DNA of 64,000 nucleotides, taken from the NCBI RefSeq assembly GCF_028641065.1, contig NC_073386.1, forward strand, positions 56,358,001 through 56,422,000. Direction: 5' to 3'. The notes beneath the pieces were generated by a model that was not told the origin of the DNA, did no database searches, and was given only the letters and a program-made list of their open reading frames with translations. Both the position numbers and the translations under genes were made by a program. Source of the DNA: Leucoraja erinacea (taxonomy: Eukaryota). Below, in pieces: positions 60,001 to 64,000 of the stretch. Within the stretch, counting starts at the first letter, position 1; the number at the start of each line of letters is the position of its first letter.

Positions 60001-61146
60001 CGGGTTTGGGCAAGTGGCTGGCGAGCTGCCTTGCCCCTGCTAATTACAATGAAAGAGCGGCGTGTGTAGAGTGTTCCCGCATTGTGCCCGCAGTCGGAAC
60101 GCCGGCCTCACTATATAACTGACGTGAAGGTGCCTTGACCCGCCTCCGGCAAACCACCGGGTCTTTATTCTTGTTATTTATTGATCTGTACCCGGCCCGC
60201 AACACAAAGCAAACAGAGTTTTCAGCAAAGAACGGCCTTATCTTCTTTCTAAATATCACCGTTTCCATATGAAGTGTATATTTGCAATCTGAGTTACTCC
60301 AGCACTTTGTTTTTTCTCTCTCTTGCAAACCAGCATCTGCAGTTGCTTGTGTCTCAAAGTTTATCTTTCTACCTTGCCTTTATTTTGTAGGAGGAACACT
60401 GAAGAAGGGTTCCGATCCGAAATGCCACCTATTCCACACATGCTGCCTGACCCGCTGAGTTACTCCAGCACTTGGTGTCTATCTTCAGTAACATCCATCT
60501 AATTCGGTTCTTGTCAAAGTTGTTCTATTGGCCACCGTGCTTGCACTCTGGCCAGTAACAACATCCCACCCAATAATTTGGTGCTTGTAAGGTCTTTTTT
60601 GCATCTATTGAAGTTGTTTAGACTTGTACACTCGTTGGCTAATCACATAGACCAGTGGAGACTCAAATATCGTGTCTCACCCCCAATATCCATCCCCGAA
60701 GTCCTTTTAAAAATATACTTTGAAAGCGTGTGCTCGTTCGCTCTCAATGAGCCAGATTTAATATTTATCTGTAAACAAGTGAAAGCAGTTTAGGGTTGTC
60801 GCTGGCGCTAATAACGACTGTTCCTGCTCCCTCGCCAACACCATGATGATATATTGCTGAACTTACCGCGACGTGAACAGGTCACCCCACCGGGATGGTC
60901 TGGATAGGCGACGTATTCGGAAGTCGTGCTGGCCAACGTCGTGTTCATTGTTCTTATTGCATTAGCCACGAGCAACATAAAACGTTTCAGACAACGGAAA
61001 GGATCCATTTTACGTGCGAATTCTTGATTCGCTATAGACAGTGTTGGATCAATACTCGCTTTGGTATTGGCACGTTGGGCTGGTGACTGACCCAGATGTC
61101 TTAGATTGAACTATTGAACGGATACAAAGAGTGACTTGAACAATAT

Positions 61147-61366
61147 TCACCCAGAGAGTGGTGGGTATAAGGAACCAGTTGCCAGAGGAGATAGTCGAGG
61201 CGAATGCTATAACAATATATAAAATATACTTGAACAGGTACATGCATAGGAAAGGTTTCGAGGCATATGAGCCAAAGACGGGCAGCTGGAACTAGTGTAG
61301 ATGAGGCAACTTGATCTGCATGGGCAAGTTGGGCCGAAGGGCTCGTTTCCGTACTGTATGACTCTA
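61147..61366 (+). mobile_element. Old CR1 3' fragment
   Basis: TTCACCCAGAGAGTGGTGGG...GGGCCGAAGGG...CTGTATGACTCTA. Confidence 0.75.
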
Positions 61367-61704
61367 AGGCTCTAGAATATATATTTTTCAAGATTAATTG
61401 GTATAGTGTGTGGTATTAAAGTGTTGTCTATTAAAGTGACATTTTAAGAAGTTTAAGTAATTATTTATAAGACATGTATACACGCCACCCAGGCTACGGT
61501 ACATGGAAAACCTGTGCATCTTATATATAGGACTACGAACTTGAACGACTAATTGTAGGTGGAATCACACGACTGCAATCACACGATTGTATGTATAACA
61601 GTGTCTCTCGCCGTTGGGATGGCAATGTCCATCAAAGCAACGTCCTCACAAAACTGTCCGAACGCTGTAGACCAAATTATCACCATTTGGTCCAATGGTG
61701 TTTG

Positions 61705-62101
61705 ACGGCACTGGGCCTGTACTCGCGGGAGTTTAGAACGACGAGGGGGAACCTCATTGAGACTTACCGAACAGTGAAAGGCCTGGATAGAGTGGACGTG
61801 GAGAGGATGTTTCCACTAGAAGGAGAGTCTAGGACCAGAGGTCATAGCCTCAGAATAAAAGGACGTACATTTAGAAAGGAGAGGAATTTCTTCAGTCAGA
61901 GGGTGGAGAATCTGTGGAATTCATTGCCACAGACGGCTGTGGAGCCGTCGATAGATATTTTTAATTGACAGATTCTTGATTAGCACGGGTGTCCCGGGCT
62001 ATGGGGCGAAGGCAGGAGAATGGGTTGAGAGGGAAAGATAGAACAGCCATGATTGAATGCCGGAGTAGACCTGATGGGCCGAACGGCCCAATTCTGTTCC
62101 T
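61705..62101 (+). mobile_element. CR1 3' fragment
   Basis: LGLYSREFRTTRGNLIETY...FFSQRVENLWNSLP. Confidence 0.85.
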
Positions 62102-62663
62102 AGAACTAGAAGCTGTCACACTGCATCTGCATATTATCATATGATAAAAAAACAGAAAATGTTGGAGTAACTCCGCGGGTTGGGCAGCGTCTCTGGAGAA
62201 TAGGTAACGTTTCGGGTCGGGACCCCTGTTCAGATATGAAACGTCACTTATCCACGTTATCCAGAGATGTTGCCTGACCCGCTGAGTTACTCCAACACTT
62301 TGTATCTTTTTGTTTGTAGACCAGCATCTATCTGCAATTACCGGTGTCTATATTCTCATACGAAGCCCTCTGCAACCGTTTTGGCCAGAAGTATCGACCT
62401 GTCTATTGTGATCCAATCGCCAAACAATTCGCCGTGTAAACAATGCCATGTGAACTGAACATAGAGTATGATCTAGAAGTCTGAGTTTGGGCACCCGTCG
62501 TATAAAGGTACAAACAGTGACTTGAACGAGATTTTTAAAAGATTGATTAATAGACAGAGGCGATGCAAGGCCGTCTATTACAACGAATAACAAAATATTT
62601 TCTAAAGGCATATATACCTACCTTCCAGGAATAAACGAAACCTAATGTATACACATAACATAG

Positions 62664-62886
62664 AGCATAGAACAGTACAGGACAGGGAAAGGCCATTCGG
62701 CCCATGGTCTGTACTGAACATGATGTCAAATTAATCTAATCTCCTCTGCCTGCATGTGATCCATTTCTCTCCATTCCCTGCATATCCATGTGCTCGTCCA
62801 AAGCCTCTTAAACGCCACTTTTGTTTCTGCCTCCACCACCACCCTTTGTATATAAAACCTGCCCCGGATATCTCCATTAAACTTTA
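62664..62886 (-). mobile_element. CR1-type 3' end
   Basis: ATAGAACAGTACAG...GGCCATTCGGCCCA, the reverse of a CR1-type tail. Confidence 0.7.
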
Positions 62887-63390
62887 ACAGGAAATTGTCC
62901 GCTAATACGAATATTTATTTGTCCGTCCTGACGTTGTTTGCAACACAGAATATAATACAGGAGATACAAGAAACTGCAGATGCTGGATTGCAAAAAAAAA
63001 AAAAACACAAAGTGCTGGAGTAACTCAGCGGGACAGGCGGCATCTCTGGAGAACATGGATAGGTGGCGTTTCATGTCGGGACTTTTTCCAGACTGATATG
63101 TTCCTTGGTCTGTTATACAATATGTTAGTTGATTTCTGGCAATAATGTCAGAAGATTTCCTTGAATTTTATGAAATGTTTTTTGAAACAGAGTCATTTGC
63201 GTAACGCGGTAACAACGAGTTCTTCATACATTTATTTCGACAATTATGGAGTCATTGCAAAATACTCTCGACTGAGCATCATGTAATGATCAACCCGCCG
63301 ATGTTGTCTTCGAATAAGATCACGGATCGATGCCACCAGAGGTTTTCATTTCTTTACATCGTGACCCGGACAACTGATAAGTTCTCCGAA

Positions 63391-63831
63391 GGCAGACACA
63401 AAATGCTGGAGTAACTCAACAGGACAGGCAGCATCTCTGGAGAGAGGAAATAGGTAGCGTTTCGTGTCGAGACCCTTCTTCGGAGTGAGTCAGGAAAGAG
63501 AGAAAAGACTAGAGATATGGAAGGGTAAGATGTGAAATAGACAGATCAAATGAGATGTTCAAGAAGGAACTGCAGATGCTGGAAAATCGAAGGTCGACAA
63601 AAATGCTGGAGAAACTCAGCGGGTGCGGCAGCATCTATGGAGCGAAGGAAATAGGCAACGTTTCGGGCCGAAACCCTTCTTCAGCGGAGATGCTGTAAAG
63701 GAAATGTTGAAAGGTCATTGTTAGGACGGAACTGGGTCTGATGGAATGGTCTCGACCCGAAATGTCACCTATTTCTTCTCTCCGGAGATGCTGTCTGATC
63801 CACTGAGTTACTCCAGCTTTTTGTGTCTATC
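63391..63831. mobile_element. Inverted-pair hammerhead-family element with a younger copy nested at ~63558-63686
   Basis: Outer arms are reverse complements; the inner copy has an intact core at 63684-63657 and is flanked by GAGATG. Confidence 0.72.
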
Positions 63832-64000
63832 CATGGTTCAGTTGGCTGAGGGGAAGTTCTCCGCTCGCTGGTTAAACTCATGAACTAACCAGCATCCAAG
63901 GGCCGTGTGGCACGTGGTTCCAGCCTTTAGCCTTCACTGTCGTGCAGAGTGAAGAAAACTTCCAGCAAGTGATCAATTCCAATGCCTGTCCCGCTGACTT

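Noticed and set aside
51200-64000. Exons of mammalian syntenic neighbours (C1orf53 upstream; NEK7 on the other side)
   Set aside because: I found no recognisable peptide from either gene in the ORF track or sequence. Small exons could have been missed without tBLASTn.

Overview
Eukaryotic genomic DNA from a cartilaginous fish, probably a skate or ray (inferred from the repeat families). The only supportable host gene is lhx9 (LIM-homeobox 9) on the minus strand. It has five GT-AG coding exons (50579-50406, 49694-49492, 48447-48092, 45690-45488, 44265-44002) that total 1200 nt and encode 399 aa. An intact alternative last exon (42176-42120, GEQILGHYSHTSRRLKIP*) would give the homeodomain-truncated Lhx9-alpha/noHD isoform (330 aa). 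Positions ~1-37 kb, downstream of the gene, are repeat-dense: V-SINE (HE1-like) copies, CR1, Rex1/Babar and L1 fragments, two non-autonomous Helitrons, a Harbinger MITE, a 24-bp minisatellite and a decayed 18-bp array. Positions ~38-63 kb are poorer in repeats and richer in CpG. The most notable non-genic signal is an abundant short repeat carrying a minimal hammerhead-ribozyme core (CUGAAGA-stem II-GAAAC-GUH), similar to Penelope-like element termini. Its youngest copies are 96-129 nt insertions, four of them with exact 11-17 bp flanking duplications; one forms a perfect 41-bp hairpin in the alternatively spliced lhx9 intron. All calls were read by eye with no searches run. Repeat boundaries are approximate unless a TSD or terminus is cited.
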